Sequence record: OK040907
Origin: Enterobacteria phage Ac3
DNA: 64,000 nucleotides
Strand: one strand, 5' to 3'
Shown here: positions 9,668 to 19,262 of the stretch, piece after piece
Layout: the number at the start of each line of letters is the position of its first letter
Numbering within the stretch: position 1 is the stretch's first letter
Made by a program: the position numbers and the translations under genes
The notes under the pieces: generated by a model
The model's database searches: none
What the model was told of the DNA's origin: nothing
The model's input: the letters and a program-made list of their open reading frames with translations, nothing else

Positions 9668-10987
9668 TCACACATAAAACACATCATAACGACCACGTGT
9701 TACACCAACATAAAGAAGCTGCTGAGCTAGTTCAGCATCTGCATAATGAATACAAGGCGTATAAATGAAAGCACGGTCTACAGACATACCCTGAGCTTTA
9801 TGGAATGTTGATGCAGGAAGTGCTTTCACTTTACTAAACTGTGATTTAGCATCCCAAAAATCACTCCACGGAGCCTTTCCGCCTTTATTCCAATTTTTAT
9901 AAGTTTCTGCTGTTTTACCTAAAAACAGGTTAAACTTATATAGCTCTTCATCAGATGAAATTATTTTAATCTTTTCACGATAATATTCATCATCGCCGTA
10001 AGTTTCTACTGTTAAATCCCAATGACGAATTAAGTATTCTCCAGGAACACCACGAGCTTTAACAAACGTCGATGTATACTCTGCTTCTATAATACGAACT
10101 AATTGTCCATTATTAAAAATAATTTCTGATACAGGCTTTCCATCAATTTTATATGTTTTAATTAACGGTTCTTGCATTACAATAATTTCACCGACAATAA
10201 AGTCTTTATCAGTTTCAAAAATCTTTTTACGAATAATGCTATTTAACTTGTCAACAGATTTATTCGTAAATGCCATTACGCGATTTTCAAACAAATCATC
10301 TAGTGATTTGACGATTGAAAAATAATTTACCATAAAATCGCGTAAAGCGGTATCACCAGTAAATCCACGTACTCCATGCCCATCAACAACTTTATCATAA
10401 ATCCATTTACCGTTGCGAACATCAGTAGCTACATCAATAATAGGAGCATTACTGCGTTTAACTTCAGTAAGTTCACACTGATAAAAATCTTTGTGTGTAA
10501 AGAATGGACTGATATAAGCAGTATTTTCTCCTGGGTCAACAGGTCTAATTTGCTTATTATCGCCTATTCCAATTATAGTACACCACGGTGGGATAGTTGA
10601 AAGCAAAATTTTGAAGAGCTTTCTATCATACATTGACACTTCGTCGCAGATTAATACCCTGCATTTAGCTAAATCTGGTACTTCTTTTTGTTCAAAAAGA
10701 ACGTTTTCTTCATATGTTACTGGGTTAATTTTAAGAATACTGTGAATAGTACTCGCTTCTTTCCCCGACAGTTTTGAAAGAATCTTTTTAGCTGCATGTG
10801 TAGGAGCTGCCAAAATGATACCAGTTTCACCCGTAGATATTAAAGCTTCAATGATGAACTTAGTAAGAGTAGTCTTACCAGTACCAGCAGGTCCATTAAT
10901 AGTTACATGATGTTTCTTTTCTTTAATAGCCCTCATAGCGATGTTAAAGGCGTTTTTCTGGCCTTCTGTCAAATCATCAAATGTCAT
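9668..10987 (-). CDS. dda: Dda DNA helicase (SF1B)
   Basis: 439-aa ORF with Walker A GPAGTGKTT; matches T4 Dda length and N-terminus MTFDDLTEGQKNAF. Confidence 0.9.
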   Translation of the reverse strand: MTFDDLTEGQKNAFNIAMRAIKEKKHHVTINGPAGTGKTTLTKFIIEALISTGETGIILAAPTHAAKKILSKLSGKEASTIHSILKINPVTYEENVLFEQKEVPDLAKCRVLICDEVSMYDRKLFKILLSTIPPWCTIIGIGDNKQIRPVDPGENTAYISPFFTHKDFYQCELTEVKRSNAPIIDVATDVRNGKWIYDKVVDGHGVRGFTGDTALRDFMVNYFSIVKSLDDLFENRVMAFTNKSVDKLNSIIRKKIFETDKDFIVGEIIVMQEPLIKTYKIDGKPVSEIIFNNGQLVRIIEAEYTSTFVKARGVPGEYLIRHWDLTVETYGDDEYYREKIKIISSDEELYKFNLFLGKTAETYKNWNKGGKAPWSDFWDAKSQFSKVKALPASTFHKAQGMSVDRAFIYTPCIHYADAELAQQLLYVGVTRGRYDVFYV

Positions 10988-11295
10988 CGGAAAGTCCCTG
11001 CAATTGGAATACTAACAATACGCCCAGTATCTAGAATTCGTTGATATAATCTTTGTGTATCTACATCAGGCTTAACATGTTTAACTTCTATTTTATTAAA
11101 CCAAAACTTGCGTGGAGTCTCAACTAGTCTTGGAATTCCCATACCTAAAGCTAGTTTATATTGGTCTTTGAGAGTAGTAAAAACTCTATCAGCAATCTCT
11201 CTTTCAAAAAACACAGCAGGACGATGTTCATCAAGTGGAACTGGCGCCGTAAATCCGTCTTTGTCTCGGTAAACTATCGCATATACATAAACCAT
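10984..11295 (-). CDS. hypothetical protein in the dda.1 position
   Basis: 103-aa ORF overlapping dda start by 4 nt. Confidence 0.55.
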   Translation of the reverse strand: MVYVYAIVYRDKDGFTAPVPLDEHRPAVFFEREIADRVFTTLKDQYKLALGMGIPRLVETPRKFWFNKIEVKHVKPDVDTQRLYQRILDTGRIVSIPIAGTFR

Positions 11296-11296
11296 A

Positions 11297-12043
11297 TTAT
11301 CCTCGGATAAGTTTAAAAATTGAACAATTTAGCGGGTATCCTCTTTTCAGTTTAAGTTTATCAATAAAAGACAAGTTTTGATACCGCTCTACACCTTGAA
11401 TAATTTTATCACACATATCATATTGCATTTCTGCTTCTGACAACTTTTTCACAATTTTCCAATCCGAGCCTTTAAGAAGAACGTTCAGTTTAACAACTTC
11501 AGCGCCTTCTGCTATGCGAGAACCATCAATACGAGCTTTAAGTGCTATAATCCTTAGCTTAATGTCAGAGGTCTGTTTTGATTTAGAAAGCTGAGAAATG
11601 TGTTCAATTCGATTTTCACGCTTTTTCTGTATAGCTTTAATTTGATTATAAGTCTTTTTGATTTTAGCCCATTTCTTTTCATCTAAATTTAGTTTATGAA
11701 CTTTTTTCGCAGATGAACGACCAATTCGCAAAGCAAATAAATCCCGTTTTTCAATCAACTCTTCTAAAGTATAATCAGAACGAAATGTATTATACTTTTT
11801 CTTTACTGCAATAACATTCCCTTTAATGTATCCAATGTTATTATCAAAACGTTCTAATGATAATTTCTCTCCTTCAATACGATTATCAAAAGGTTCTCCT
11901 GAATAGGCACAAACTTTTTGATCTAAAATGTTCTTAATGTAATTGAAGTCTAAGTTAAAATCTTTAGAACGTCTTTTTGCAGATGCCTGAGTGTGCTCTA
12001 AACGACGTTTAATTTTACGAATTTGATTATTAGACAGTTTCAT
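11297..12043 (-). CDS. hypothetical basic protein, possibly Srd
   Basis: 248-aa ORF between dda.1 and modA positions; assignment is positional only. Confidence 0.45.
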   Translation of the reverse strand: MKLSNNQIRKIKRRLEHTQASAKRRSKDFNLDFNYIKNILDQKVCAYSGEPFDNRIEGEKLSLERFDNNIGYIKGNVIAVKKKYNTFRSDYTLEELIEKRDLFALRIGRSSAKKVHKLNLDEKKWAKIKKTYNQIKAIQKKRENRIEHISQLSKSKQTSDIKLRIIALKARIDGSRIAEGAEVVKLNVLLKGSDWKIVKKLSEAEMQYDMCDKIIQGVERYQNLSFIDKLKLKRGYPLNCSIFKLIRG

Positions 12044-12078
12044 ATTTTTCTCACATCTTACGGACGATTGACTACTAT

Positions 12079-12108
12079 ACTATAACATTTTTACCTTAGC
12101 TTGTAAAC
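12079..12108 (-). promoter_or_regulatory. early promoter (GTTTAC - 18 nt - TATAGT)
   Basis: plus actata 12079-12084, gtaaac 12103-12108, upstream of 11297-12043. Confidence 0.5.
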
Positions 12109-12165
12109 AACTTTATGTAAAAATGCTTTAAAAATTTCATGGTATAATGAATCTAAGTCCTTCCA

Positions 12166-12768
12166 TTATAGATTAAATCCTTCAAAATCAAGAGTATAGA
12201 TAGTGTATGTTGAATACTTTTTATACTCATATCTATCCGCAATTCTAAATACACTTCCAGCTGGTATCATTACTTCTTGTTCATCTGAAACTAATTCCAT
12301 ATTACGATAACGATGGCTATCCGGAAACTTAAAGTTTGGATTGTATTCTTTACAGCGTAGAGCTTTTATAGCATACTCCTGGAAATTGAATACCATAGGA
12401 GCTTTGAATTCAAAAATAACCTGTGTGTTATACTCTAAACCGGAAGCAAAATGTAGAGCTATATTTTTATCATATGAAGCTGATACTACTTTATCAAATG
12501 TAATAATATCAATTCCTTGATTTAACACTTGCTTAGTCTCGACTGGAACACCTCTCCAAAGAGGTTTATCGTTTGGAACCAAACGAGATTTGATTATTTC
12601 ATTTAACCAAGAATGGTCATCTGGTTTGTTGGTAATACAATGAATTAAAAGTTCAATTTCAGATAAATTAAACCCTTCAGAAAGCAATTCTTCACGAATA
12701 GAAGCACGCACCGATGCATCCATTGATTTTATTTTAAAATCTTTTAGTTGCATTACTGAGTATTTCAT
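12166..12768 (-). CDS. modA: ADP-ribosyltransferase ModA
   Basis: 200-aa ORF; size and order (srd-modA-modB) match T4. Confidence 0.7.
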   Translation of the reverse strand: MKYSVMQLKDFKIKSMDASVRASIREELLSEGFNLSEIELLIHCITNKPDDHSWLNEIIKSRLVPNDKPLWRGVPVETKQVLNQGIDIITFDKVVSASYDKNIALHFASGLEYNTQVIFEFKAPMVFNFQEYAIKALRCKEYNPNFKFPDSHRYRNMELVSDEQEVMIPAGSVFRIADRYEYKKYSTYTIYTLDFEGFNL

Positions 12769-13388
12769 TCAACTACCTCAATATCATAAACTTTAAATGT
12801 TCCAAATGAATCGTGTAATTTTTCTTTTGAAATAGAATTTATTTTATACTTTCCAATTGGAATCATCCATTCTTGTTCATGTACAATCATCATTAAGTTA
12901 TCAGTTCTTTCTGAATCTAACCCATCAGTATCTTCATACGTGTACTTAAACTCAGTATTAGGAGAAGAAAGTATAATATCGCTGATATGGTCAGAATAAT
13001 TAAAAGCTTTATCAGTTTTTAAACGAAGTATTGTTTCAGTGAAATATTCAGCATAAGAAAAAGAACACGCTGTATGCAAACTAGTAGTAAATGAATCTAC
13101 CCTGTTCGTTGAAAACACTTCTCCAACCTGTAAATCTTTAATAAGTTCTTTTGTCGATTTTGATATACCACGATATAATTGATAAGGCGATTTAGTTAAA
13201 TGCTTTTTAATGATTTTATTCAACTGTCTGTGAAGAGCTTCATTCTTTTTGGCTTCCATACATTGCCAAAGAACAGACTGCTCAAAGTCAGTAAATTTTT
13301 CACAGACTTTTTTATACATATCATATTGAAAATCAACGCTTTCAGCTTTTATAGATAACTGTTCAACATCTGCAGGATTAATAATCAT
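12765..13388 (-). CDS. modB: ADP-ribosyltransferase ModB
   Basis: 207-aa ORF overlapping modA start by 4 nt. Confidence 0.7.
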   Translation of the reverse strand: MIINPADVEQLSIKAESVDFQYDMYKKVCEKFTDFEQSVLWQCMEAKKNEALHRQLNKIIKKHLTKSPYQLYRGISKSTKELIKDLQVGEVFSTNRVDSFTTSLHTACSFSYAEYFTETILRLKTDKAFNYSDHISDIILSSPNTEFKYTYEDTDGLDSERTDNLMMIVHEQEWMIPIGKYKINSISKEKLHDSFGTFKVYDIEVVE

Positions 13389-13414
13389 GATAGCCTCCGT
13401 ATACTTCAGAAGCT

Positions 13415-13444
13415 ATCATATCATCGTTAGAAAGGAAAGTAAAC
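13415..13444 (-). promoter_or_regulatory. early promoter (GTTTAC - 18 nt - TATGAT)
   Basis: plus atcata 13415-13420, gtaaac 13439-13444. Confidence 0.45.
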
Positions 13445-13455
13445 AACTTTTTGAA

Positions 13456-13638
13456 TTATTTTGCCCAGGGAGCCCAAGGCGGAGGGTCAAGATGGTATGA
13501 AGCTAGTTCTTCTAGAAGAGCATCTGGGGCTTCAATTCCATAATTCTGTAATACTATACGGTACTCTTTCTTATAATCACTAGAATCATTCTGGATATTC
13601 GTAGAATGATTATCTTCTAACATCTCAAATAAATCCAT
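13456..13638 (-). CDS. small hypothetical protein
   Basis: 60-aa ORF. Confidence 0.4.
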   Translation of the reverse strand: MDLFEMLEDNHSTNIQNDSSDYKKEYRIVLQNYGIEAPDALLEELASYHLDPPPWAPWAK

Positions 13639-13646
13639 ATTAATTC

Positions 13647-14129
13647 CTAGCGATAAAAACCAAATTGACGATTAGCTTCAATAATCTTTCTTTCTTCTTC
13701 GGACATTCTCCAGCGTAGTCCAACATCAAAATGAGCCCAGACCATCTTAACAAATGCATTTATATCTTTAATATCTTCAATAATGAATGTTTTACTTTTA
13801 GAAGGTTGACCTGCTAAATTAAGTGCTAATTTAACGTTATCATCTTCAAACAAGTCAAAAAGACCATATTCATGAGCTCTTTTATAGCCTTTAATAGTTA
13901 AAGCTTCGGAAGAAGAAAACGGTGAATCAGTATTCTGTAAAATATCTTCAGTATGCTTTATAATTAGAATAACATTTTCTGGATATTTTCTTTCTTTTAT
14001 ATCTTTAATTAAAAAATCCGGATTTTCTGCTAAAGGAATAATTAATGAGCATTTTTTATCAAGTGTATTTACTGATTTACCTTCTTTGGACATAAATTCT
14101 ATTGAATAATGTTTTGCTACTTCAATCAT
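13647..14129 (-). CDS. hypothetical protein
   Basis: 160-aa ORF. Confidence 0.5.
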   Translation of the reverse strand: MIEVAKHYSIEFMSKEGKSVNTLDKKCSLIIPLAENPDFLIKDIKERKYPENVILIIKHTEDILQNTDSPFSSSEALTIKGYKRAHEYGLFDLFEDDNVKLALNLAGQPSKSKTFIIEDIKDINAFVKMVWAHFDVGLRWRMSEEERKIIEANRQFGFYR

Positions 14130-14286
14130 GTGATTTCCTTTTGCCTACTAATGGACCGTCAGGAATTTTATTTTCCTGGATATACTTCTCATTTTCTTCC
14201 ATCATTTTACTGCCAATTTTAAGAAGCAAATCCAAGGCTTCATTTGCTTTAGCCTTTGCCTCTTCTAACGTCATATCTTTGGTCAT
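14122..14286 (-). CDS. small hypothetical protein
   Basis: 54-aa ORF below track cutoff ([21 protein letters not shown]...); ATGA overlaps at both ends. Confidence 0.4.
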   Translation of the reverse strand: MTKDMTLEEAKAKANEALDLLLKIGSKMMEENEKYIQENKIPDGPLVGKRKSHD

Positions 14287-14486
14287 GATTTATCACCATA
14301 GATGTCTCTCATCAATTTAAGCGCTGAGCGTTCTAATTTCTTTTCTTTCTCAGCACTAATCATTGATTTCATCCATTCTTCCGATTCGTTCTGCATTTCT
14401 TTATTTGCTTGTTCAACCCAACCATCATCAATATACATTGAGTTTGGTCTATTGAACCATTCAAGAATCTTCTTGAGAGCTTTCAT
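14283..14486 (-). CDS. small hypothetical protein
   Basis: 67-aa ORF. Confidence 0.45.
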   Translation of the reverse strand: MKALKKILEWFNRPNSMYIDDGWVEQANKEMQNESEEWMKSMISAEKEKKLERSALKLMRDIYGDKS

Positions 14487-14958
14487 TTATTTTACCTAAA
14501 ACAATAGTATGGACACCGTCAAATTCATGAATTTTTAGCAAATTTGGATTTAAATTATTCCATAAAGAAGTAATAAAATATGATAACGCACTTTCGTCCG
14601 TAATTATAAATTTATTTCCTTTATCTATTTTCCAATCATATATTGAATCATATGAATAGAAGGATAACGGTTTATTATTATAATATGCTTCAGCAACATC
14701 AATATAGTTAGATTTAGTAAATGCTTGAATTGCCATAAATGGAGAATTTTGTACAGTTTCAATAATTCCGATCTTTTTAAGTTTTATTTCAACATCTTCT
14801 GGAACTGGCATTGAAATAAAATCTTCTACTAGATACATGTTATTGTCATATCTTTTGTCAATCATTACTGCTACGGTAATTGGAACATCCTTGACAAACG
14901 CCATACTAATACTATTGATAGACATTTCAAACAAAATCGCTTCCATAATTTTCCTCAA
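14461..14958 (-). CDS. hypothetical protein
   Basis: 165-aa ORF. Confidence 0.5.
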   Translation of the reverse strand: MRKIMEAILFEMSINSISMAFVKDVPITVAVMIDKRYDNNMYLVEDFISMPVPEDVEIKLKKIGIIETVQNSPFMAIQAFTKSNYIDVAEAYYNNKPLSFYSYDSIYDWKIDKGNKFIITDESALSYFITSLWNNLNPNLLKIHEFDGVHTIVLGKINESSQEDS

Positions 14959-15299
14959 TCACAAGATGTAGATGAACAACTAGAATCACAAGAACTTCCA
15001 CATGAATCGCCCGTCCATACATGAACAGGAACATTAGTATCATATGAATCAGAACTAGATTGTGTATTCTGTGTGTTAGATGATGTAGTAGGTGTTGACC
15101 AGCGCCAAGGATTTTTATAATATTCTTGGGCTTCTTCATAAGTCATAGTAACTGCTTCTACTGTTCCATCTCCCATATAAACATACTCAACTACAGTTAA
15201 AGGAAGGTAGTTATTTGAAATAGGAACTACACCTTCCCCAGGAGTCGTAGAGAAAAAATCCGTAAAGAATCTTTTAAACCATTTAAAGATAAACATCAC
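14955..15299 (-). CDS. hypothetical protein with Ser/Cys-rich C-terminal tail
   Basis: 114-aa ORF ending [18 protein letters not shown]. Confidence 0.5.
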   Translation of the reverse strand: MMFIFKWFKRFFTDFFSTTPGEGVVPISNNYLPLTVVEYVYMGDGTVEAVTMTYEEAQEYYKNPWRWSTPTTSSNTQNTQSSSDSYDTNVPVHVWTGDSCGSSCDSSCSSTSCD

Positions 15300-15508
15300 A
15301 AAAATCCTCTTTGAAATTCGACTCTTTGAAATCCATCCCAGTCAGTATATCGCATTTCAGCATTGAACTCGACTGAACCATCCGCATGCATCATGAATGA
15401 ATGCGTGACAACATCACAATCCCAGCTTTTCATACCCCATTTATCAGAGATAGCTTTATCAAGAACCTTCTGAAGGTCTTCATTTGGTTTAATCCAACGA
15501 TTTAACAT
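15296..15508 (-). CDS. small hypothetical protein
   Basis: 70-aa ORF downstream of promoter 15535-15564. Confidence 0.45.
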   Translation of the reverse strand: MLNRWIKPNEDLQKVLDKAISDKWGMKSWDCDVVTHSFMMHADGSVEFNAEMRYTDWDGFQRVEFQRGFL

Positions 15509-15534
15509 AGTGTTCTCCTCTATAAGATATTTTT

Positions 15535-15564
15535 ATTATACCACACTCATTTTGACATGTAAAC
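15535..15564 (-). promoter_or_regulatory. early promoter (GTTTAC - 18 nt - TATAAT)
   Basis: plus attata 15535-15540, gtaaac 15559-15564. Confidence 0.55.
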
Positions 15565-15579
15565 CATAAAATGAAAAAA

Positions 15580-15597
15580 GGAATCCCGAAGGATTCC
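15580..15597 (-). terminator. hairpin with UUCG tetraloop just 3' of soc
   Basis: plus ggaatcc-cgaa-ggattcc. Confidence 0.5.
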
Positions 15598-15606
15598 TTA
15601 AATTAT

Positions 15607-15864
15607 TTAACCACCTACACCTGGTGTAGGTGTAACAGTCCAAAGACCTTCATTAGCAGTGATCCATTCAGTACGCTGATTTTCTTCATATACTGTAGAA
15701 TATGCTGCTTTTTCAGAAGGGAATGTCTGATAATGAGCACCAGAAATTTTGTGAACATCAGAATAAAGAGGGAAAGCTACAGAAATTTCTTTACCCTGAA
15801 TTGTACCACCATCAACTGTTTGGTCAAATGTTTTAATATTAACATAACCGCGAGTACTAGCCAT
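15607..15864 (-). CDS. soc: small outer capsid protein Soc
   Basis: 85-aa ORF MASTRGYVNIKTF...EGKEISVAFPLYSDVHKISGAHYQTFPSEKAAYSTVYEENQRTEWI; late promoter upstream. Confidence 0.85.
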   Translation of the reverse strand: MASTRGYVNIKTFDQTVDGGTIQGKEISVAFPLYSDVHKISGAHYQTFPSEKAAYSTVYEENQRTEWITANEGLWTVTPTPGVGG

Positions 15865-15894
15865 GTAATTCTCCTTTTATTTAAATTACATGAT

Positions 15895-15902
15895 TATTTA
15901 TA
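15895..15902 (-). promoter_or_regulatory. late promoter TATAAATA for soc
   Basis: plus tatttata, about 30 nt upstream of soc ATG. Confidence 0.55.
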
Positions 15903-15932
15903 ATAAATTCTCGCGGCTTTTAAGACGAGCTG

Positions 15933-16451
15933 TTAATAACCTCGGTCTTGACGTGCGAAATTTTCAGCATTTTTCAGGTAATAAAGTTTAAAGATTTCTT
16001 CAGCTGTAAGACCAAGACCCTGGAACATATTCAGAACGAAATGGAGAATATCAATCATTTCAAATTTAATTTCCAATTGGTCTTGTGGAGACAAATCAGT
16101 AATCAGAGTTTCACGGCGTTCACCATGCTGCGACTTCCAAGGCTTCCATACAGCAGATGCATCTTTTTCACCATTGCTCATACCACCAAGAGAAGTCAGA
16201 AGTTCGCGGAATTCATCATCAATATAATCTTTCTGATTACGCAGCCAATCAACAACTTCACCTGCGGTAGCCAAATCATCAGGATGACGGTTATATTCAG
16301 GTTTATCTTTAGCTAAACGAACCTGTAGAGATTTCTGCATATCAAGCATAACCTGCAGCGGGTCTTTTTCATCACCAAGAATATCCCAGTATTCATTTTG
16401 AGCTTTATCAGCGCCTTCAATCAGTTGTGAACATTCGTTAAAGTAAGCCAT
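15933..16451 (-). CDS. 56: dCTP pyrophosphatase (dCTPase/dUTPase)
   Basis: 171 aa from internal Met MAYFNECSQLIEG with AGGAAA RBS; the longer 203-aa ORF has a hydrophobic N-terminal extension judged spurious. Confidence 0.8.
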   Translation of the reverse strand: MAYFNECSQLIEGADKAQNEYWDILGDEKDPLQVMLDMQKSLQVRLAKDKPEYNRHPDDLATAGEVVDWLRNQKDYIDDEFRELLTSLGGMSNGEKDASAVWKPWKSQHGERRETLITDLSPQDQLEIKFEMIDILHFVLNMFQGLGLTAEEIFKLYYLKNAENFARQDRGY

Positions 16452-16522
16452 TATTTTTCCTTTCAATTCATGGGTTAGTAGATTAATTATACAATAAATA
16501 TATAAAGCAATAAGGAGGACAT

Positions 16523-16723
16523 ATGGTACAAAAATTAATGGCACTTGTTAATGCCATCAAAGGTAATAAAAAGCGTATAGCTTTTACTATTTCTGCTATG
16601 GTAGGAATTTTACTCTGGAACTTTATTTTATCACCAATTGCAATTGCGCATGGTGTTAATATTCCAGTAGTTACTCTTGATACATTTGTAGATTTAGCAT
16701 TTGCTTTAGTTGGGTTAATTTAA
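16523..16723 (+). CDS. small hydrophobic membrane peptide (plus strand)
   Basis: 66-aa ORF with strong RBS taaggaggacatATG; convergent with primase gene; only plus-strand native-composition gene seen. Confidence 0.5.
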   Translation: MVQKLMALVNAIKGNKKRIAFTISAMVGILLWNFILSPIAIAHGVNIPVVTLDTFVDLAFALVGLI

Positions 16724-17748
16724 ATCTTAGCATATTTAGATAACCGCATTTTAGCCATCAACCCCTGTGCAATATTATTTTTCATATATTCCATAATTTG
16801 TTCAGGGGTTGCACCTTCCTTTCTAATCATATCATTAACATCTTTTGATTTCCAGGGAGATTTATCCCAAAACATAACCCTTTCTCCTGCATCAACTAAT
16901 TTAGTCATTCGTTTGATAGTGTCAGGGTGACGAGGTTCATTATCTAAAACCCACACACGTCTATCTTTAAATGGAACAACTTCTAGGTCTAATTGACCAC
17001 CTGTAATAGCTATACCATTTTCAATAAAAAGTGAATCTATAGGTCCTTCTAGAACATATACATCACCATCTTTAACTCGTTCGACTCCATAGATTTTTGT
17101 TGCTTCAGGATAAGCTTTGATAGTGATATATTTTTGGGGAGCATCTTTCTTTAATGCACGTCCTTGAAAAGACTCGGCTTTTCCATTAGCATTATAAATT
17201 GGAATAACAAGACGAGGCTCAGAAATTTCCTTTTTGTATGTTCCCGGTGCTATGCTATTAACTAATTTAGGCCATTCAGTTGTAAACCAAAGATATTTCC
17301 ATTTATCCTTTGGAATACAACGAGCTTTTACATATTTTATAATTGGATGGTCTTCCGCCAGTTTATCTAATCTAACACATGACGGAAGAGATTTAATCAT
17401 TTTCTTCTCAGGTTGTTTAGGAAGTTCTTTAGGTTTTTCTACTGGACGACTTTTACCTTTTTCTTTTCTTATTTCAAAGATATACTCACGATATAAATCA
17501 GGTTCAAACTCCTTTAAATATATTCCGATTGGTGCATGATAGTTACAGTTATAACAATGAATATTTCCTTCATTATTATCACCATAATACCATCCACGAG
17601 CTTTATTCTGGTCGGTTTTTGAATCTCCGCAAACAGGGCATCTAAACCGTAATTTAAAAGTTGAACTATTATTTACTTGTGTGAATTTAGGTAAATGAGC
17701 CAATGCACGATACGCAAACTCATTATCAATCCAAGGTATTGATGACAT
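16720..17748 (-). CDS. 61: DNA primase
   Basis: 342-aa ORF with N-terminal zinc-ribbon CPVCGDS...CYNCNYH; matches T4 gp61 length. Confidence 0.9.
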   Translation of the reverse strand: MSSIPWIDNEFAYRALAHLPKFTQVNNSSTFKLRFRCPVCGDSKTDQNKARGWYYGDNNEGNIHCYNCNYHAPIGIYLKEFEPDLYREYIFEIRKEKGKSRPVEKPKELPKQPEKKMIKSLPSCVRLDKLAEDHPIIKYVKARCIPKDKWKYLWFTTEWPKLVNSIAPGTYKKEISEPRLVIPIYNANGKAESFQGRALKKDAPQKYITIKAYPEATKIYGVERVKDGDVYVLEGPIDSLFIENGIAITGGQLDLEVVPFKDRRVWVLDNEPRHPDTIKRMTKLVDAGERVMFWDKSPWKSKDVNDMIRKEGATPEQIMEYMKNNIAQGLMAKMRLSKYAKI

Positions 17749-17750
17749 TT

Positions 17751-17915
17751 TTACTCTTCTTTTTCTTTAGATTCCTCTTTTTTCTTTTTAGGAATCTGTT
17801 CAGGACCTTTATTTACTACAGCACCTGATGTTGTTCCAGTAGAGATATTTTCAGGATTACCACCTGAATCTCCAGCTACCATATCTTCTTTAATAAATTC
17901 TTTATATGTTTTCAT
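17751..17915 (-). CDS. small hypothetical protein
   Basis: 54-aa ORF below track cutoff, stop immediately before gene 61 start. Confidence 0.4.
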   Translation of the reverse strand: MKTYKEFIKEDMVAGDSGGNPENISTGTTSGAVVNKGPEQIPKKKKEESKEKEE

Positions 17916-17916
17916 A

Positions 17917-18273
17917 TTAACCTCTATTCATAAAAGCATTAAAAATTTGGTCATCAATAGATGGAATAGCAACCTTTTCGGCATCATTTAGCAAATCATT
18001 AATTTCATCAGATAACATAACACATGTGCCTTTATTTCCTGTAATTGTTACTGCACAATTACGAACGTTTTCTTTATCAAATTTTAGGTTAATATTTTCG
18101 TAGTGAAAATCCTTTAATGCCGAATATATCTTTAAAATGAAATTGTCTTTTACTACAATAAACCCAACCTCACTATTAAAACATGGTTCATGGAAACTGT
18201 AATAAACCTTTTCATCTATAAAATCGTATGAAATTTTTTCCATTTTTAAATATGAAAATTCAGAACTATACAT
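17917..18273 (-). CDS. hypothetical protein sharing a C-terminal tail with 18275-18907
   Basis: 118 aa ending SIDDQIFNAFMNRG; native codons. Confidence 0.5.
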   Translation of the reverse strand: MYSSEFSYLKMEKISYDFIDEKVYYSFHEPCFNSEVGFIVVKDNFILKIYSALKDFHYENINLKFDKENVRNCAVTITGNKGTCVMLSDEINDLLNDAEKVAIPSIDDQIFNAFMNRG

Positions 18274-18274
18274 A

Positions 18275-18907
18275 TTAACCTTTGTTCATAAAAGCGTTGA
18301 AAATTTGGTCATCGATGGAAACGTTCACTTTAGACTGTTCCTCGAACGGCAGTTCGTAACCGCAAATAACGATTTTATGGTCGATACCGAAATAGACAGA
18401 GGCAATGTGGTTAATGTTATTTTCCGTGAAATCCAGGTCCACATCAATGTCTTTCTGGGAAACAGACAGCGGGTAGTTAATACGAATGATACGGTTATCC
18501 TTAACGAAGATGCCACCAACGTACTCGGTGTTACGTTTGAAGTTGACACGTTTACGGAAAGAGAAATATTCCGGTTCTTTGTGTGCACGGCTCATCGGGC
18601 ACAGGGAGTAGCTAGAGTAGCTAATGTCGAAACCTACACCTTCAATATGCGCGAGGGTGTCATGGTTAAACCAGTTGTAATCATAAGCCAGGTCCATGAT
18701 ATTGTAATAAGTAAACGGTACTGGGTTCACATCGTGGGTAGTACCTTTGAAGTCAGCCCATGCAACGATTTCGTTATCTTTTACGATCACAAAAATCGTA
18801 CCGATGAGGTAGCCACGGTTATTTTCGTCTGGAGTGATGTTATAACACTGAGCATCCGGGAATTTACCGTACTTGAACGGTGGGTTTTTATGCATGTAAT
18901 AGATCAT
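18275..18907 (-). CDS. hypothetical protein with E. coli-optimised-looking codon usage
   Basis: 210 aa from ATG at 18907 (MIYYMHKNPPF...), ending SIDDQIFNAFMNKG; ctg/ccg/cgt-rich; starts 1 nt after sp stop. Confidence 0.55.
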   Translation of the reverse strand: MIYYMHKNPPFKYGKFPDAQCYNITPDENNRGYLIGTIFVIVKDNEIVAWADFKGTTHDVNPVPFTYYNIMDLAYDYNWFNHDTLAHIEGVGFDISYSSYSLCPMSRAHKEPEYFSFRKRVNFKRNTEYVGGIFVKDNRIIRINYPLSVSQKDIDVDLDFTENNINHIASVYFGIDHKIVICGYELPFEEQSKVNVSIDDQIFNAFMNKG

Positions 18908-18908
18908 A

Positions 18909-19202
18909 TTATTCACCTGTGATTTCGGTTACGATATTTTTGTTATTAAAGTTTTTATCGCAATACAGAACATAATTATACTGCATTACACCACCAGACT
19001 TAAGTTGTTTTTGCACTTCAGCTTTCATTTTAGGACGATCGCGCTCAACAATATTCATAATATCCGCTTCAATTTGAGTTTCAACTTCAGTCTGATCTGC
19101 AGTCATAGACCATTCACACAAGTCTTTATCATATCCTGCCATAGCAGGCTGAGCAGCACAAGAAGCCAAAGTAAAAATTGTAGCAAAAATAAATTTTTTC
19201 AT
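18909..19202 (-). CDS. sp: Spackle periplasmic protein
   Basis: 97-aa ORF with signal peptide MKKFIFATIFTLASCAAQPAMA; size and position match T4 sp. Confidence 0.8.
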   Translation of the reverse strand: MKKFIFATIFTLASCAAQPAMAGYDKDLCEWSMTADQTEVETQIEADIMNIVERDRPKMKAEVQKQLKSGGVMQYNYVLYCDKNFNNKNIVTEITGE

Positions 19203-19262
19203 GATAATCTCCTCAGTAGTTTATGTTTATATAGTATCTCAATTTCCAACAAAAGTAAACAG

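Noticed and set aside
13471-13500. GC-rich patch at the 3' end of ORF 13456-13638
   Set aside because: Only about 35 nt, encoding a proline/tryptophan-rich tail (DPPPWAPWAK); too short to call a codon-usage island.
15933-16544. Long 203-aa form of gene 56 with hydrophobic N-terminal extension
   Set aside because: The internal Met gives the expected 171-aa dCTPase with a good RBS; the extension is probably read-through of the upstream non-coding region.
18305-18922. 205-aa plus-strand ORF
   Set aside because: Antisense shadow of the recoded gene at 18275-18907.
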